A DNA stretch of 64,000 nucleotides from a virus (taxonomy: Duplodnaviria > Heunggongvirae > Uroviricota > Caudoviricetes). Numbering within the stretch: position 1 is the first letter of the stretch; every line of letters starts with the position of its first letter. Location of the stretch: IMG/VR virus record IMGVR_UViG_3300027673_000001, positions 82,759 to 146,758 of that record; one strand, 5' to 3'. The translations under genes and the position numbers were made by a program. Below, in pieces: positions 45,870 to 54,532 of the stretch. A model generated the notes under the pieces. That model made no database searches, had not been told where the DNA came from, and saw only the letters and a program-made list of their open reading frames with translations.

Positions 45870-45988
45870 CATCCGCCAGATAGACGACAGGGGCGTTGCG
45901 TTGGTGTTTTGTGTGCCAGTACCCGTTTAGATGAATCTAGCTGAAATCGCACGTCTTGGAGTCAATAAAATCAATGACTTAGGAGCCA
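45859..45988. repeat. conserved ~125-bp non-coding element, copy C of 3 (central segment diverged)
   Basis: Flanks identical to copies A and B; central ~20 nt replaced. Confidence 0.75.
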
Positions 45989-46013
45989 CAAAAAAGGCTG
46001 GATCGTGCCAGCC
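45987..46013 (-). terminator. rho-independent terminator
   Basis: Hairpin GGCTGG-ATCGTG-CCAGCC with T-run on minus strand, just 3' of gene 46033..46503. Confidence 0.55.
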
Positions 46014-46032
46014 TTTGTTCTTCGAGTAGAGT

Positions 46033-46503
46033 TTACAGTACTCGTCGCTGGTAGATACCATAGTAGTCGAACAATTCCTGGGGCGTCATCTTTTCTGATT
46101 TTGGGATCATCAGACAAGCACCTATGAAAGACACACAGAACCACTTCTTTGGGTTATGTCTTATGAAGCTGAACTGGGAGCCAATGGCACCAAACCAATC
46201 GTATTTCTTACCGTTCTGTCTGTTGCACCAAGCAACAATCTCATCTTCAGTGAAGTCCGTCATAACCTCATAGACTTCCCATCTACCAGAACCATAGTCT
46301 ATGCTTGTTGCCCTAACACCGCCATCCCTGGGCGAAGAGCTCCATGACAAACCAATCTTCGATACTTCGCTAAAGTCATAGACAAGCTCGACGTGTGAGT
46401 ACTTTGAGTTTGTGAAAAAGCAGATGACTCTATCAAGCCATCTTGCTTTTGGGTTGTCTTTTTTTCTACCGTAGTAATAGGCAATGTGAGTTTTGTGTTT
46501 CAT
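46033..46503 (-). CDS. hypothetical protein
   Basis: 156-aa ORF. Confidence 0.4.
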   Translation of the reverse strand: MKHKTHIAYYYGRKKDNPKARWLDRVICFFTNSKYSHVELVYDFSEVSKIGLSWSSSPRDGGVRATSIDYGSGRWEVYEVMTDFTEDEIVAWCNRQNGKKYDWFGAIGSQFSFIRHNPKKWFCVSFIGACLMIPKSEKMTPQELFDYYGIYQRRVL

Positions 46504-46542
46504 GTTTCCCCCTGATGCTATATTTAGCTCAAGGGGAACACA

Positions 46543-46902
46543 TCAACCCCACTGGGTTACAGTCACTTGCTTGGGGTGTACCTCAAACATATCCTGGAAA
46601 GTGGCTCCTTCATAGGAAGCATACCAGCCATAAAGTTTGATATAGCACACCTCATCCCCACGTTTGAATTCATACACAGACCAAAAGTCATCTCCCTGAC
46701 CTTCGCCACCATAACTGTCCATCAACCTGAACTTGATGTTTGCGTCATCGAACAACTTCATGCAGTTTGGGTTGTATCGTTCAGTGATGCCTTCGTCATA
46801 AAAGAAAGCTTCCTGTAGATTGTTGTATTCAGCGTCATAGCCCTCGAAGCTATCTTCTGAAGTTTCCAGTATAGATTTCAATTCTTCGAAAAATGTAGTC
46901 AT
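46543..46902 (-). CDS. hypothetical protein
   Basis: 119-aa ORF. Confidence 0.4.
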   Translation of the reverse strand: MTTFFEELKSILETSEDSFEGYDAEYNNLQEAFFYDEGITERYNPNCMKLFDDANIKFRLMDSYGGEGQGDDFWSVYEFKRGDEVCYIKLYGWYASYEGATFQDMFEVHPKQVTVTQWG

Positions 46903-47690
46903 GTCAAAACCTCTTTGATACCTGAGAACTTTGTTTCACTATGGAGCGATAGAACCTCAGGGTAATGATCTATCGCCCAATCTCTAAACCACCCAGAGCA
47001 AAGAGTGGTGCATACCTTATCGAGGGACTTCATGAATGCCATCTTGGAAGGGTACTTCCAATCTTTAGGCACCATGAATCTCTCGATTGCAATTGTGTAG
47101 GCCTCCTCTGCCACACAAAAGTTCTTCTCTTCAACTGTGAACTTTTCCCACTTTTCTTTCGAGCAGAATACCTGTTCACCGTCCTCTAACATTCTAACAT
47201 ACATTGGCTTTTCCGTAAAGGCGACCAAGGTATGAATATAGTCATGGTCAAAGACCTTAACCACTGCATCATCGAAGAACTCGTCCTTGGACTTCTTCAG
47301 ACTGATAATGTGTTGACTGAACTCCCTTCTTGAGAGTTCCATCCTAACATCGAGAAAATCCTTGTCTTTTTCCGTAATCTCAATGGCGTGATGTTTCAAG
47401 AACTTGTGGTAGTGAGTGATATGCTTTTGGAACCCCAGATCTCTCCACAGATGGCTTCTCTTAATCAGAGCCAGACCCTTCATGGAAACTACCCTGAGCT
47501 CAGAACCATTAAACTTGATTACGTTGTCTGTTGCGAACTGCTCAATGTCTGCATTGTTTAGGAAGTCAAGCCTGTGGTGTTCTGTCCCTTCTATTGGGTG
47601 GGGAGATACAACATCCCAATCAGCGTCTTTCTTAAGCGAAAAAGACGGATCGTGGTAGGCTATAGCCCTCGAGCCGATCAGTAGGTTCAT
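46899..47690 (-). CDS. hypothetical protein
   Basis: 263-aa ORF. Confidence 0.4.
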   Translation of the reverse strand: MNLLIGSRAIAYHDPSFSLKKDADWDVVSPHPIEGTEHHRLDFLNNADIEQFATDNVIKFNGSELRVVSMKGLALIKRSHLWRDLGFQKHITHYHKFLKHHAIEITEKDKDFLDVRMELSRREFSQHIISLKKSKDEFFDDAVVKVFDHDYIHTLVAFTEKPMYVRMLEDGEQVFCSKEKWEKFTVEEKNFCVAEEAYTIAIERFMVPKDWKYPSKMAFMKSLDKVCTTLCSGWFRDWAIDHYPEVLSLHSETKFSGIKEVLT

Positions 47691-48469
47691 ACATCAAACG
47701 TCTTCAGTTTGAAGGGGAAGGCTTCAGTGTAGGTTTCATTTGGGTAACCCTTGGGATTCGCCAAAACTCTAGTTTCACACACCATGTAATCCACTGGCTC
47801 GTGCATATGCCCATGAACCCAAACTTTGATGTTGGGGTTATAGCACATGAAGTCCGACAGGTCCGAGGCATAACCCCCGTTCATCTCAAAGTCGTCCTGG
47901 AACTTAGCAGGCACAGATCGAAAAGATGGAGCGTGATGAGTCATCACAACCATGGGTTTGCCTTTCTCGGCTTCCTTCTTCAGGGCCTCGAGAGTGATTG
48001 AGTGTCTGTTCTTTGTGTCCACGGGACGAAGCTTGCGGTAGATGTTGACAACCTTGTCATCGTATGTGATGGCTTGGTAGTCATTCATGTACTGCCCAAC
48101 GGACCAGTTGGTCAACGGGCAGCCCTTGTTGAGGTTGGTCCACAAAGTCCCACCAAACAAGGTAACGTCGCCCAAGTCAACAACCTCATCATTGAGGAAT
48201 GTGATTCCGTGCTTGGCGTATTCTTCTTTCAGTTTTGGCAACGTCTTGTTGAAGTAGCCACCATAGAATTCATGATTACCTGCGACTGCGTAGATGCGAG
48301 GAAATTTGCTTGCCAGATCAGCCAAGAAACCCTGATAGTGGTCCTTGTGCATCTTGTCGCCAATTAGGATGTCGCCAGCGAGAAGTAGAACGTCTGCTTC
48401 TACATCATTCACCAAACGAGTAGAGTGATTGAACTCCATATGGAGATCACTGGCAAAGGCGATTTTCAT
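47687..48469 (-). CDS. calcineurin-like metallophosphoesterase
   Basis: DLHMEF, AGDILIGD, GNHEFY, HHAP motifs. Confidence 0.6.
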   Translation of the reverse strand: MKIAFASDLHMEFNHSTRLVNDVEADVLLLAGDILIGDKMHKDHYQGFLADLASKFPRIYAVAGNHEFYGGYFNKTLPKLKEEYAKHGITFLNDEVVDLGDVTLFGGTLWTNLNKGCPLTNWSVGQYMNDYQAITYDDKVVNIYRKLRPVDTKNRHSITLEALKKEAEKGKPMVVMTHHAPSFRSVPAKFQDDFEMNGGYASDLSDFMCYNPNIKVWVHGHMHEPVDYMVCETRVLANPKGYPNETYTEAFPFKLKTFDV

Positions 48470-48834
48470 AGTTTGTTTTCTTTGTGCAGACCACGGAGGG
48501 TTTTGATGGAACCAAAACGGACACCGAGGTTATACTCCAGGTGTTCTTCGTCGCCCATGGCGCGATGCTTTTCCATCAGAGATTCAATCACCTCTTCGAA
48601 GGAAGAACCCTTGAGCATTTCTTCCTTGATCTTCGCTGTGAGTGACACCAAGCGGCGAGTTTCAAGAGTGTGTTCCTCTTCCATGACTGCAATCAAGGAC
48701 TGCTCGAGGGCTCGTATCTCATCAATGATTTCCTTGTTGGTGCCGAACGCGACATCCCGGGGACGCACACCATAGACATCCTTGTAGATGTCCGAATACG
48801 TTTGGAGCAGTTCTTCGCGTTCCAGGATACTCAT
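48466..48834 (-). CDS. hypothetical protein
   Basis: Start at MSILERE (48834) downstream of promoter 48868..48896 with AAGGAAAGAAA RBS; rest of track ORF overlaps the promoter. Confidence 0.4.
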   Translation of the reverse strand: MSILEREELLQTYSDIYKDVYGVRPRDVAFGTNKEIIDEIRALEQSLIAVMEEEHTLETRRLVSLTAKIKEEMLKGSSFEEVIESLMEKHRAMGDEEHLEYNLGVRFGSIKTLRGLHKENKL

Positions 48835-48867
48835 TTTCTTTCCTTGATTTCTAACAACGGATGCCTT

Positions 48868-48896
48868 ATTGTAGCACGAAGTTGAATAAATTTCAA
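48868..48896 (-). promoter_or_regulatory. sigma70-like early promoter TTGAAA-N17-TACAAT
   Basis: ccttattgtagcacgaagttgaataaatttcaag. Confidence 0.55.
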
Positions 48897-49525
48897 GAGT
48901 TTTCTCGAACCCAGTCTTCTCTGCTGTAAGTGTAATCCCCGAAAGTCTTTTGGAACAAGGAAGGGTCGTTGAAGCACGCCACAACAAAGTCCCTGACAGG
49001 AACAAAGTCCTCGGGCTTCTTGACCTCGAATGGAGCAACCAGGGAAACGCCTCGGCAGTAACCATACTGCTTAACAGTCATGGAGCAGGTCTGGACGTAG
49101 TCACCTTCTCGTTTCAGACGTTCCTCTTCTTCTTTCCATTTGTCAAAGAATGTACGGTCGTTGTCTTCGAACTTGGATTCCCATGCCACAATTTTCTTTC
49201 TCTTCTTGTTCTTGCCTAGGTACTTGTAGACAGGAACGGAGTTGGCGAAAATATCGTCTTCGTCTTTTCTTTCGTTCTTGAAGGAGTTGTAAGCGATGTC
49301 GCTATTTTTGTCCGAGTACTCAAGCCTTGGATGAACCAACCAAACAACCACTTGGTGGGAGCCGTGCATAAAAGCAACATCATCCCACCAAGTGTATTCC
49401 CTCTCGTCATCATAAACGTGATAGATCTTTAGACCTAGCTTATGATTCCAACGGCTATCGTTCTTTGCTTTCTTGGCGTAACGCTTACTTTTCTCGATGA
49501 GGGCTTCGATGTAGCGATTCTTCAT
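48893..49525 (-). CDS. hypothetical protein
   Basis: 210-aa ORF. Confidence 0.4.
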   Translation of the reverse strand: MKNRYIEALIEKSKRYAKKAKNDSRWNHKLGLKIYHVYDDEREYTWWDDVAFMHGSHQVVVWLVHPRLEYSDKNSDIAYNSFKNERKDEDDIFANSVPVYKYLGKNKKRKKIVAWESKFEDNDRTFFDKWKEEEERLKREGDYVQTCSMTVKQYGYCRGVSLVAPFEVKKPEDFVPVRDFVVACFNDPSLFQKTFGDYTYSREDWVRENS

Positions 49526-50286
49526 ATGTCACCTTCGTGCAGTTCCCTGAACTTTCTTTTGGCTTCTGACAACATGAAAACCTTTTCGTTGTCATTGGAC
49601 CAGTCTTCCTCGAGAGGCTTGAAGTTGATACTGTGGGGTTCGTTCTCGTCGTAGGCCCAGCCCAGAGTCTTCATCATTTTGTGTTTGACCAAAAGATTTG
49701 GGCTCCGAAAAACCTCAGTATCCTGAAAACCAAGCATAACGCCTATCTCAGCCACTGCGCCACTTCGGCAAATGCCTGCGTGACAGTGAACAATGACATT
49801 GGTGTTTTTCTCCAATGCTTTCTGAAGCAGCCCAACCAAAGTGTCGGCGTCTTTCTGAGTGACAGCAAAGCCAGACATGTCGATCATTGTTCCAGACCCG
49901 TCGTTGGTCATCCCATCTTTTTCTATGTCCAGAAATTTGAACTGATGAACTTCCCTGAAATCCTTTAGAGGTTGAGGGAATTCCATGTCGGGGTCAACGA
50001 TTTGGATGAGCATCGAGTTGGGACCTGCATCAAAGTGCAAACCTCTTTTGATATCACTCAATGCTACGTTCTGAATCCAAGGCATGATATACTTTCGTTT
50101 TATGGCGGGGCGTAATCGAATCGAACGATCACCGGTATCAGCGATGGCACGGTGTTCAAGGCCGTTTTGCCTCCAAGGCGCTACACCCCAAAATCTTTGC
50201 TGGTTACGTCTTGTCCAGCTTCCAGGGAAGGGTATGACCCCCAGAACGTCTACACACTCAATCACATACCATAGATGTCTTTCCAT
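49522..50286 (-). CDS. dual-specificity/tyrosine protein phosphatase (CX5R)
   Basis: Active-site signature VHCHAGICRSGAV (HCxxGxxRS). Confidence 0.65.
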   Translation of the reverse strand: MERHLWYVIECVDVLGVIPFPGSWTRRNQQRFWGVAPWRQNGLEHRAIADTGDRSIRLRPAIKRKYIMPWIQNVALSDIKRGLHFDAGPNSMLIQIVDPDMEFPQPLKDFREVHQFKFLDIEKDGMTNDGSGTMIDMSGFAVTQKDADTLVGLLQKALEKNTNVIVHCHAGICRSGAVAEIGVMLGFQDTEVFRSPNLLVKHKMMKTLGWAYDENEPHSINFKPLEEDWSNDNEKVFMLSEAKRKFRELHEGDI

Positions 50287-50295
50287 CAGTCTTAT

Positions 50296-50370
50296 TGGTA
50301 GCGGAGTCCTGGAATCGAACCAGGGACCTGGAGCTTATGAGACTCCCGAGATACCACTTCTCCAACCCGC
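50296..50370 (-). tRNA. tRNA-Met/Ile2 (anticodon CAT)
   Basis: Hand-folded cloverleaf; T-arm GGTTCGATTCC, anticodon loop CTCATAA, 3' CCA encoded. Confidence 0.55.
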
Positions 50371-50376
50371 AACATT

Positions 50377-50452
50377 TGGCGCGCCCAGAAGGATTCAAAC
50401 CTCCGACCCACTGCTTAGGACGCAGCTGCTCTATTCACTGAGCTATGGACGC
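50377..50452 (-). tRNA. tRNA-Arg (anticodon CCT by hand fold)
   Basis: Perfect acceptor GCGTCCA/TGGGCGC, D-arm GCTCAGTGAATAGAGC, loop GTCCTAA. Confidence 0.5.
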
Positions 50453-50459
50453 ATTATAT

Positions 50460-50534
50460 TGGCCTGCCCGGCAGGAATCGAACCCACATTCACGGTGTAG
50501 AAGACCGCTGTATTATCCGTTATACGACGGGCAG
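50460..50534 (-). tRNA. tRNA-Arg (TCT)
   Basis: Acceptor CTGCCCG/CGGGCAG, loop CTTCTAC. Confidence 0.6.
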
Positions 50535-50535
50535 A

Positions 50536-50682
50536 TTATCCTAGTTCACGTTCCTCCATAATGGAGTTCCAAATCTGTTCTACAAAGGAGACAGGTACTC
50601 CGTACTTTTCTGAGATTTCAACATTAGAAGAAACTCCCAGTTCGAGCTCTTCCTTAATATCAAAAACCAGTTCCTTCAACAT
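50536..50682 (-). CDS. small early protein (48 aa)
   Basis: ATG 50682 with TAGGAG RBS after promoter-like element at ~50700-50745; stop abuts tRNA cluster. Confidence 0.3.
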   Translation of the reverse strand: MLKELVFDIKEELELGVSSNVEISEKYGVPVSFVEQIWNSIMEERELG

Positions 50683-50738
50683 ACCATCTCCTAACTGTCT
50701 ATGTATCTATTATAGCACAGTCACGAATAAAAATCTAG

Positions 50739-50815
50739 TGGTGCCCCTTGACAGATTCGAACTGTCACTACAGAGGTTTTGAATCTCTCGCCTCTTCCAA
50801 TTGGGCTAAAGGGGC
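50739..50815 (-). tRNA. tRNA, class I body with anticodon CAA (hand fold; identity uncertain)
   Basis: Acceptor GCCCCTT/AAGGGGC, T-arm GACAGTTCGAATCTGTC, loop TTCAAAA, 5-nt variable loop. Confidence 0.45.
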
Positions 50816-50816
50816 T

Positions 50817-50905
50817 TGGAGGAGAGCGACGGTATCGAACCGTATCCGATTTCTCGAACCACTCGCTTTCCAAGCGAGGGCAATCACCATCATGCATCAC
50901 TCTCC
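50817..50905 (-). tRNA. tRNA-Ser (GGA)
   Basis: Class II, acceptor GGAGAGT/GCTCTCC, loop TTGGAAA, long variable arm. Confidence 0.6.
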
Positions 50906-50906
50906 G

Positions 50907-51179
50907 TTACCAGTTTCTTGGTAGCTTTGCCTTATGGCTAGTATCAACGAGCCAAGCAGTATCAACAAATCCATGTGTGGGTTCCATGGTCTCGGTAAAC
51001 AATTCATAGATCATACTAGCTACAGGCTCAGGAAATCCTTTCCTGCTGTCCCTTCTCTCGTCCATCAACAAGGTGGACAAATAGTTGTTCAAGGCATCCT
51101 TGTTTGACCAAAGGAAGTCTATCCTATCCCTAACGTGGGGATAAGACTCTAAGATGTGAAGGACGTGTTCTTTTTTCAT
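50907..51179 (-). CDS. hypothetical protein embedded in tRNA cluster
   Basis: Internal ATG (51179) used so that it does not overlap tRNA at 51192..51268. Confidence 0.35.
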   Translation of the reverse strand: MKKEHVLHILESYPHVRDRIDFLWSNKDALNNYLSTLLMDERRDSRKGFPEPVASMIYELFTETMEPTHGFVDTAWLVDTSHKAKLPRNW

Positions 51180-51191
51180 CTTGTATGTATG

Positions 51192-51268
51192 TGGTGCGCC
51201 GGGAGGGATTCGAACCCTCACTCGATGGCTTCTAAGGCCATTGCCTCTGCCAATTGGGCTACCAGCGC
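51192..51268 (-). tRNA. tRNA, class I body with anticodon TAG (hand fold; identity uncertain)
   Basis: Acceptor GCGCTGG/CCGGCGC, anticodon stem ATGGC/GCCAT, loop CTTAGAA. Confidence 0.45.
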
Positions 51269-51276
51269 ATTATTCC

Positions 51277-51351
51277 TGGTGGTGATAGTTGGTAACGATC
51301 CAACCTTCTCGGCTTATGAAACCGGCCTACATCCTTCTATAGCATATCACC
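51277..51351 (-). tRNA. tRNA (CAT), third CAU-anticodon tRNA
   Basis: Acceptor GGTGATA/TATCACC, T-arm GTTGGATCGTTACCAAC, loop TTCATAA. Confidence 0.45.
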
Positions 51352-51356
51352 GAAGT

Positions 51357-51431
51357 TGGGCAGACGTTACGGATACGATCCGTTCCTACGAGTGTCACAG
51401 ACTCGGGTGCTTCCACTACACTAAACGCTGC
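51357..51431 (-). tRNA. tRNA-His (GTG)
   Basis: Loop CTGTGAC, D-arm GTGTAGTGGAAGCAC, extra 5' G opposite discriminator C; acceptor has one bulge. Confidence 0.45.
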
Positions 51432-51436
51432 ATAAA

Positions 51437-51511
51437 TGGCATACCAGGAAGGATTCGAACCCTCACTGCAAGGTTTTGGAGACCTGCCGACTGCCGTTGT
51501 CTTACTGGTAT
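51437..51511 (-). tRNA. tRNA-Trp (CCA)
   Basis: Acceptor ATACCAG/CTGGTAT, loop CTCCAAA. Confidence 0.6.
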
Positions 51512-51517
51512 ATAATT

Positions 51518-51593
51518 TGGAGTACGCGGCAGGAGTCAAACCTGCTTGAAGTGGATTTGCAATCCACCGCCTAAGTCGTTCAGCCACGCGCAC
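51518..51593 (-). tRNA. tRNA-Cys (GCA)
   Basis: Anticodon stem GTGGA/TCCAC, loop TTGCAAA. Confidence 0.6.
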
Positions 51594-51647
51594 AAAATGT
51601 TGCACACCACTTATCCTATTATACACCGTGTGCAATGGTGAGTTTCT

Positions 51648-51723
51648 TGGCCCCGCCCTCTGGTAACGATCCAGACCCTCAGCGTTTTCAGCGCCGCGCT
51701 TCCACCTGGTTAGCTTGAGCGGG
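51648..51723 (-). tRNA. tRNA-Phe (GAA)
   Basis: Acceptor CCCGCTC/GGGCGGG, loop CTGAAAA, T-loop ATCGTTA variant. Confidence 0.55.
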
Positions 51724-51730
51724 ATATACT

Positions 51731-51805
51731 TGGTGCGCCCGGAGGGAATTGAACCCCCACTCGATCGATTATGAGTCGACTGCTTTACCATTAAGCTACA
51801 AGCGC
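51731..51805 (-). tRNA. tRNA-Met (CAT)
   Basis: Acceptor GCGCTTG/CGGGCGC, loop CTCATAA. Confidence 0.55.
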
Positions 51806-51812
51806 ATCAATT

Positions 51813-51890
51813 TGGTGGGATCGACGAGATTCGAACTCGTAGTCTGTTGACTCTCATTCAACAAGGTATGCCAATTCCCTTCACGATCCC
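51813..51890 (-). tRNA. tRNA, anticodon GAG by hand fold (identity uncertain)
   Basis: Acceptor GGGATCG/CGATCCC, T-arm ACGAGTTCGAATCTCGT, stem GTTGA/TCAAC loop ATGAGAG. Confidence 0.4.
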
Positions 51891-51896
51891 AAATTT

Positions 51897-51978
51897 CCTA
51901 TATTGAAACACACAGTACAACGTGCGCCCTCTCAGGTCTTAAACAGCGTCCCGTACACGCCTATGCGTTTCAATATAG
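51897..51978. repeat. hairpin element H1 (conserved inverted-repeat termini, variable core)
   Basis: CCTATATTGAAACACACAG ... CTATGCGTTTCAATATAG. Confidence 0.6.
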
Positions 51979-52120
51979 CGACCCATTGTGGGCAGGACTC
52001 GAACCTGCAAGTGGCGTCTATTTCCACCGGCCCTATTAGGGACCTATGTTTACCGTTTCCATCACCACGGGTCATCGGGTTAATTACTCCCGACTACGGA
52101 GACTGATGATCAGTCAATCA

Positions 52121-52208
52121 CCATATAGAAACACACTGACCTCGGAATGACTTATGAGAATACGCGGAGTTCCGATTTAGCGTCTTTCACCAGTGTGTTT
52201 GTATATGG
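52121..52208. repeat. hairpin element H2
   Basis: CCATATAGAAACACACTG ... CAGTGTGTTTGTATATGG. Confidence 0.7.
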
Positions 52209-52324
52209 TATCACCTTTTCCCATACCTTGCGGAGTATATTCGGTATGAGCATCTAGCCGCTCTCACATTACTGTGAGCCTCCCGCTTGACACTTTGATG
52301 ATGCAAAGCCTCTTGGAAACACTA

Positions 52325-52413
52325 CCATATAGAAACACACTCAAACTGGTCTGTTCTCCTACCCCCGTACAGCCGTTCCAGACAGGAGCAAGGTAGAGTG
52401 CGTTTTTATATGG
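52325..52413. repeat. hairpin element H3
   Basis: CCATATAGAAACACACTC ... GAGTGCGTTTTTATATGG. Confidence 0.7.
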
Positions 52414-52516
52414 AATGGTACGCCATCTCACAGCCGACACAAAGAGCCCCACTACTCAACAACTCTGCCGTTACCTAGGTGGGCAGTTTTCCGAGGGTAG
52501 TTTCGTTTGCGTTATA

Positions 52517-52605
52517 CCATATAGAAACACACTAGCCAATACAGATTGATTACTGCGATTGTTCAAATGCCACTCAAATTCGGCAACTAGTGTATTTGTA
52601 TATGG
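52517..52605. repeat. hairpin element H4 (terminal TGG = CCA of tRNA-Lys)
   Basis: CCATATAGAAACACACTAG ... CTAGTGTATTTGTATATGG. Confidence 0.7.
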
Positions 52606-52677
52606 TAGGGGTGGAGAATTTCGAAATCTCGACTCACCGGGTAAAAGCCGGTTACTCTGCCTCTGAGTTACACCCCC
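52603..52677 (-). tRNA. tRNA-Lys (TTT)
   Basis: D-arm GCTCAGAGGCAGAGT, stem ACCGG/CCGGT, loop CTTTTAC; 3' CCA lies inside hairpin element. Confidence 0.6.
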
Positions 52678-52682
52678 AAATA

Positions 52683-52759
52683 TGGTCCCTCGCCTCAGAT
52701 TCGAACTGAGACCTCACGGATTAAGAGTCCGGTACGCTAACCATTAACGCCAGCGAGGG
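52683..52759 (-). tRNA. tRNA (anticodon CTT by hand fold, Lys?)
   Basis: Perfect acceptor CCCTCGC/GCGAGGG, T-arm CTCAGTTCGAATCTGAG, loop CTCTTAA. Confidence 0.45.
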
Positions 52760-52866
52760 AAAGCTCAAGTAAAGATTGTCTTTAGAGTGCTTTCCGGGAC
52801 CATACTTGGGTGGTTCAGGAAAACACTGGTTGTTTACCAGGTTTCATTTCTTTCTCCGTTAAAATT

Positions 52867-52941
52867 TGGTGCCCCTTGACGGAATCGAACCGCCACCCCT
52901 GGATTACAAAACCAGTCCACTGCCATTATGATTAAAAGGGC
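52867..52941 (-). tRNA. tRNA-Thr (TGT)
   Basis: Acceptor GCCCTTT/AAGGGGC, loop TTTGTAA. Confidence 0.55.
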
Positions 52942-52959
52942 TTGTCTTTGTAAGTATCT

Positions 52960-52988
52960 AGTATAGCATACTCACGATTAAAAGTAAA
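52960..52988 (-). promoter_or_regulatory. sigma70-like promoter TTTACT-N17-TATACT inside tRNA cluster
   Basis: Reverse strand CATTTTACTTTTAATCGTGAGTATGCTATACT. Confidence 0.5.
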
Positions 52989-52989
52989 A

Positions 52990-53065
52990 TGGTCTGGGTG
53001 GGGAATTCCGAGATCCCGTCCTCTAGCTTCCAAAGCCAGCCGTCTGCCTCTGACAATACACCCAG
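52990..53065 (-). tRNA. tRNA-Pro (TGG)
   Basis: Acceptor CTGGGTG/CACCCAG, loop TTTGGAA; atypical T-loop. Confidence 0.5.
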
Positions 53066-53071
53066 GTTATA

Positions 53072-53148
53072 TGGCGCCTCCTGAAGGATTTGAACCCTCA
53101 ACCTCTCAGTTCGTAGCCGAGTACTCTTTCCAGTTGAGCTAAGGAGGC
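53072..53148 (-). tRNA. tRNA-Arg (ACG)
   Basis: Acceptor GCCTCCT/AGGAGGC, loop CTACGAA. Confidence 0.6.
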
Positions 53149-53153
53149 ATGAA

Positions 53154-53239
53154 TGGCGGAGAAGAGAGGACTCGAACCTCCACGCCCTTTAGAACGACAG
53201 TTTAGCAAACTGTTGCGGCTACCATTTCGCCACTTCTCC
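53154..53239 (-). tRNA. tRNA-Ser (GCT)
   Basis: Class II, acceptor GGAGAAG/CTTCTCC, loop TTGCTAA. Confidence 0.6.
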
Positions 53240-53244
53240 ATTAT

Positions 53245-53350
53245 AGGCCCACTGTCCTGGAATCGAACCAGGTTAGCCAATCGGACGGAATCGAACCGTC
53301 TCTTCGGGGTGCGCGCAAGGTCCCGGGCGCCAAGCCTACAGTGGATTAAT
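53245..53350 (-). pseudogene. tRNA-like segment with two tandem T-arm motifs (degenerate or unusual tRNA)
   Basis: CCTGGTTCGATTCCAGG and GACGGTTCGATTCCGTC 30 nt apart; complementary acceptor halves CCACTGT/ACAGTGG but ~35 nt too long for a cloverleaf. Confidence 0.3.
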
Positions 53351-53354
53351 CTTT

Positions 53355-53443
53355 TGGCTGAGGAGGTAGGGGTCGAACCTACACGGTCATTACAACCGCC
53401 AGAGTCAAAGTCTGGTGCGTCTAGCCATTTTCGCCACTCCCCA
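53355..53443 (-). tRNA. class II tRNA, Leu/Ser-like body with anticodon TTG by hand fold (identity uncertain)
   Basis: 89 nt; D-arm GCGAAAATGGCTAGACGC, stem CCAGA/TCTGG loop CTTTGAC, long variable stem CGGT..ACCG, discriminator G. Confidence 0.4.
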
Positions 53444-53550
53444 ACAAAACTTACATATATGGTATCAGCGCCACCCCACCTTAGGAAGCCAACCCCTTGA
53501 TACTATCGCCGAGCCAGCGAGGGATCGAACCTCCTGGTCTTATCTGAACA

Positions 53551-53641
53551 CCATATTCAAACTCTCTGCTGCACGCTAAGGCCACTATCACTTACCGCGG
53601 AGTTGTGCGCCGGTCTGCTCCTTCAAAGAGTTTGAATATGG
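53551..53641. repeat. hairpin element H5 (terminal TGG = CCA of tRNA-Pro)
   Basis: CCATATTCAAACTCT ... AGAGTTTGAATATGG. Confidence 0.65.
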
Positions 53642-53717
53642 TCTCGGTAGTGGGATTCGAACTCACGATCTCCTGCTCCCAAAGCAGGCGCTTTAAGCCG
53701 GACTAAGCTACACCGAG
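53639..53717 (-). tRNA. tRNA-Pro (TGG), second copy
   Basis: Stem CCTGC/GCAGG loop TTTGGGA; 3' CCA lies inside hairpin element. Confidence 0.5.
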
Positions 53718-53803
53718 ATTATCTTTACTCATCTATTATTCTCTCGGGCAGTTGCACCCGCCCTTCCCTCTACCAATTGTGCAAACTGTTAGAGGAGTAC
53801 TCT

Positions 53804-53878
53804 TGGTACCTGGTGACGGGATTGAACCGCCGACAGCCTGCTTGTAAGGCAGGAGCTCTACCGCTGAGCTAACCAGGC
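53804..53878 (-). tRNA. tRNA-Val (TAC)
   Basis: Acceptor GCCTGGT/ACCAGGT, loop CTTACAA. Confidence 0.6.
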
Positions 53879-54461
53879 ATTGTTTGGAGCAGGTAGCCAG
53901 TAACGATCTGGTCTATTCAAGTTTGGAAGACTCGCGTGTATCCGTAAACACCTTACCTGCATTATCTTGGTGGAGGCCGTCGGTATCGAACCGATCTAGA
54001 CACGAATCTTGCAAGGATCCGCCGCAGCCCTCTGCTGCCCCCATGAATCTTTCTATACTGAAGAACACTGTAGCTGGACTTTCACCAATCTTATCAGTAC
54101 ACGAATCTTACCAATGCTCTTTAGCATAGTGGAGTGCTGAGAATACACACTTACCGGGCAACACTTCAGACATTATAGTAGGCCTTGCGAGCTTACCTTC
54201 TTCTGACTTCCACTGAGACCTCTTTCGGAGTATCACAGTATGCTACCAACATCGCCGTTTAGAGACAGGCATTAGTCTTGTCGTCATATGCTATTCTACG
54301 CTTTCCTTCCCGTTGACCTTGCGAGCCATTCAAGTGCGCTAACACTTTACGAAACATCCTGCATAAACAGATTTCGCCTTGCGAGCTACGTCTGACTTGA
54401 TTATCTTTCGACTCAAGTATTAGATGTCTTTCACATACGACCGGAGCAGTCTTTGCTTTTT

Positions 54462-54532
54462 GTATAAGGTTGGATTCGAACCAACAGCCTATTCCTTAAC
54501 AGGGAACTGCACTACCATTGTGCTACTTGAAA
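54462..54532 (-). pseudogene. tRNA-Asn(GTT)-like pseudogene
   Basis: Good D-arm GCACAATGGTAGTGC, stem GTTCC/GGAAT loop CTGTTAA, T-arm GTTGGTTCGAATCCAAC, but acceptor stem pairs only 4/7. Confidence 0.3.

Noticed and set aside
50561-50782. 73-aa + strand ORF at the edge of the tRNA island
   Set aside because: Runs across a leftward promoter and into a tRNA on the opposite strand. The minus-strand 48-aa ORF with a TAGGAG RBS is the more plausible coding feature here.
51981-52100. tRNA call for the T-arm GCAGGTTCGAGTCCTGC
   Set aside because: No complementary 5' acceptor strand or anticodon stem could be found within 120 nt. Treated as a tRNA-like remnant pending tRNAscan-SE.
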